The notes under the pieces were generated by a model, which was not told the origin of the DNA, searched no databases, and saw nothing but the letters and a program-made list of their open reading frames with translations. Below are positions 62,730 through 64,000 of a stretch of 64,000 nucleotides of DNA, one piece after another; positions within the stretch are counted from its first letter, which is position 1; each line of letters starts with the position of its first letter. Source of the DNA: Eledone cirrhosa. Lineage: Eukaryota. The DNA is taken from positions 83,266,001-83,330,000 of the forward strand of contig OZ024741.1 of the NCBI GenBank assembly GCA_964016885.1. Direction: 5' to 3'. Both the position numbers and the translations under genes were made by a program.

Positions 62730-62774
<45 letters not shown>

Positions 62775-63492
62775 TAAAGTATAGAAATTATTGTGAGCGT
62801 GAAGCCAACAGTATTTCATAATATATATATACACACACACACACGTAGCTGTGACGTGTCATTGCTATTCTGAGCAACAAAAGAAGAACATACTGTCCGT
62901 ACCATTCATGTTATATTAACCATCAACAGAGAGGCTTACTCCGTTTGGTTGATGAGACGAAATACTCTAAAATCTTTATCTGATGATGAAGTTTATTTGT
63001 ATAGAGAGCAAAAGCCTGCGGGCTCAAATTAATAAGCGGTAGCGCTTGTCTGATATAGGGTAGTTGATAGGTAACCGGGGTTATATAATAGATCATATGC
63101 AAAATGCTCATGGAATAAAACATCCTTCTAGCATGTTTATGTGTGTTTTGTGTATATGAGTGTATGTGTGCGTGTGTTTTGTGTATACATTAAACGTAGC
63201 ACTAACACAACGAGCTTAATTGTAGCGGTGAGTACGTAAACATAATCATGCATCTATATATAAGTTCCACGCCATGAATATTTTAAGCTGAGATCAGGAA
63301 ACGTCAGTTGAGCAGGTTCATTATACATAAAAATTTCGTATATTTCTCCATAGACAATCTTACTGCAAGCTACGCTATGTTAGTGATACTACTAACCAAT
63401 CCTAGACCACCAAGTTTACATTATATGCAAATGGACATCTCCAGCCGATGTTTTATACGTAATGTTGTAAATATTTAAATATATGAAGATTC

Positions 63493-63542
<50 letters not shown>

Positions 63543-63546
<4 letters not shown>

Positions 63547-64000
63547 CGTTTCTGAATTTGTTTAGCAAGATTCTTTATCTGAAAACGTGTGTTGAAACCG
63601 ATATTGTTATACTTTGGGAGGGTCATGTTGCCAGTAAGAAACACACGCACCAGCTGCTTTCACTTCAATTTATTATAATAAATTTATAAGTTGAGGAATT
63701 TATAAATTTCCGGTTGGTTGGTTGGTTCCACAACCGGATGGTTGTTTATATATTGTCAAAGTTCTTTCGTCACACATTATGTGACCTCTTCAGTGACTGG
63801 GATTCTTTTCTCTGTATTTGTGCCTCTACTTTGTGCTGTCCTGCGCCATTTTGATTCTGTGTGTGTGTTGTGTACTCCGTCTGCGCATGCGCCACATCCG
63901 GGTGTCTGTGTGTGTTTATATTCGTTTAATTATTTGTTTATTTACATGTTATAGGTTGGTTGTTTGTTCTATGTGCGTGTGTGTTTTCATGTTGTCCTTA
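63543..64000 (-). mobile_element. HHR family copy (HHR 63755-63797), running off the window end
   Basis: GTCA CTGAAGA G-GTCAC-ATAATGT-GTGAC GAAA G-AA-CTT TGAC; adjacent to (TA)n; homologous to 6330 and 36982. Confidence 0.8.

Larger units (their letters stand above)
60255..62736. mobile_element. Palindromic array of 468-bp HHR-containing monomers (retrozyme-like)
   Basis: Units start at 60255, 60723 and 61191 (truncated at 61446); inverted units from 61447 with a 468-bp period; near-identical copies; (TA)n on both sides. Confidence 0.92.

Noticed and set aside
60255-62736. CRISPR-like or satellite interpretation of the array
   Set aside because: No unique spacers, eukaryotic context and only about five units; the HHR and inversion explain it better.
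62909-63122. Solo-LTR-like segment (TG..CA, TATA and AATAAA on minus); similar at 845-1018
   Set aside because: No target-site duplication and no second copy in the window.

Overview
This is AT-rich eukaryotic DNA saturated with (TA)n/(CA)n/(GA)n microsatellites; the SINEs resemble Octopus repeats as I recall them, so a cephalopod source is inferred, not proven. Almost all listed ORFs are microsatellite artefacts. The real content is mobile DNA: four Penelope-like element (PLE) GIY-YIG remnants (one also with RT), two degenerate RTE LINEs plus short RTE-derived elements, several Helitron remnants, SINEs and a possible Merlin fragment. Reading both strands by eye gives about two dozen intact or decayed minimal type I hammerhead ribozyme (HHR) motifs from roughly ten unrelated families. 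The best example is a near-identical 468-bp HHR tandem array folded into a 2.5-kb palindrome at 60255-62736, resembling a retrozyme. Most HHR/PLE insertions share one geometry: two divergent arms whose 3' ends run into (TA)n, and in two cases the inversion point lies in ribozyme stem II. One pair of in-frame spliceable exons of an unknown host gene lies at 56319-57238 (-). All pairings and alignments were made by eye; no folding or database searches were run.
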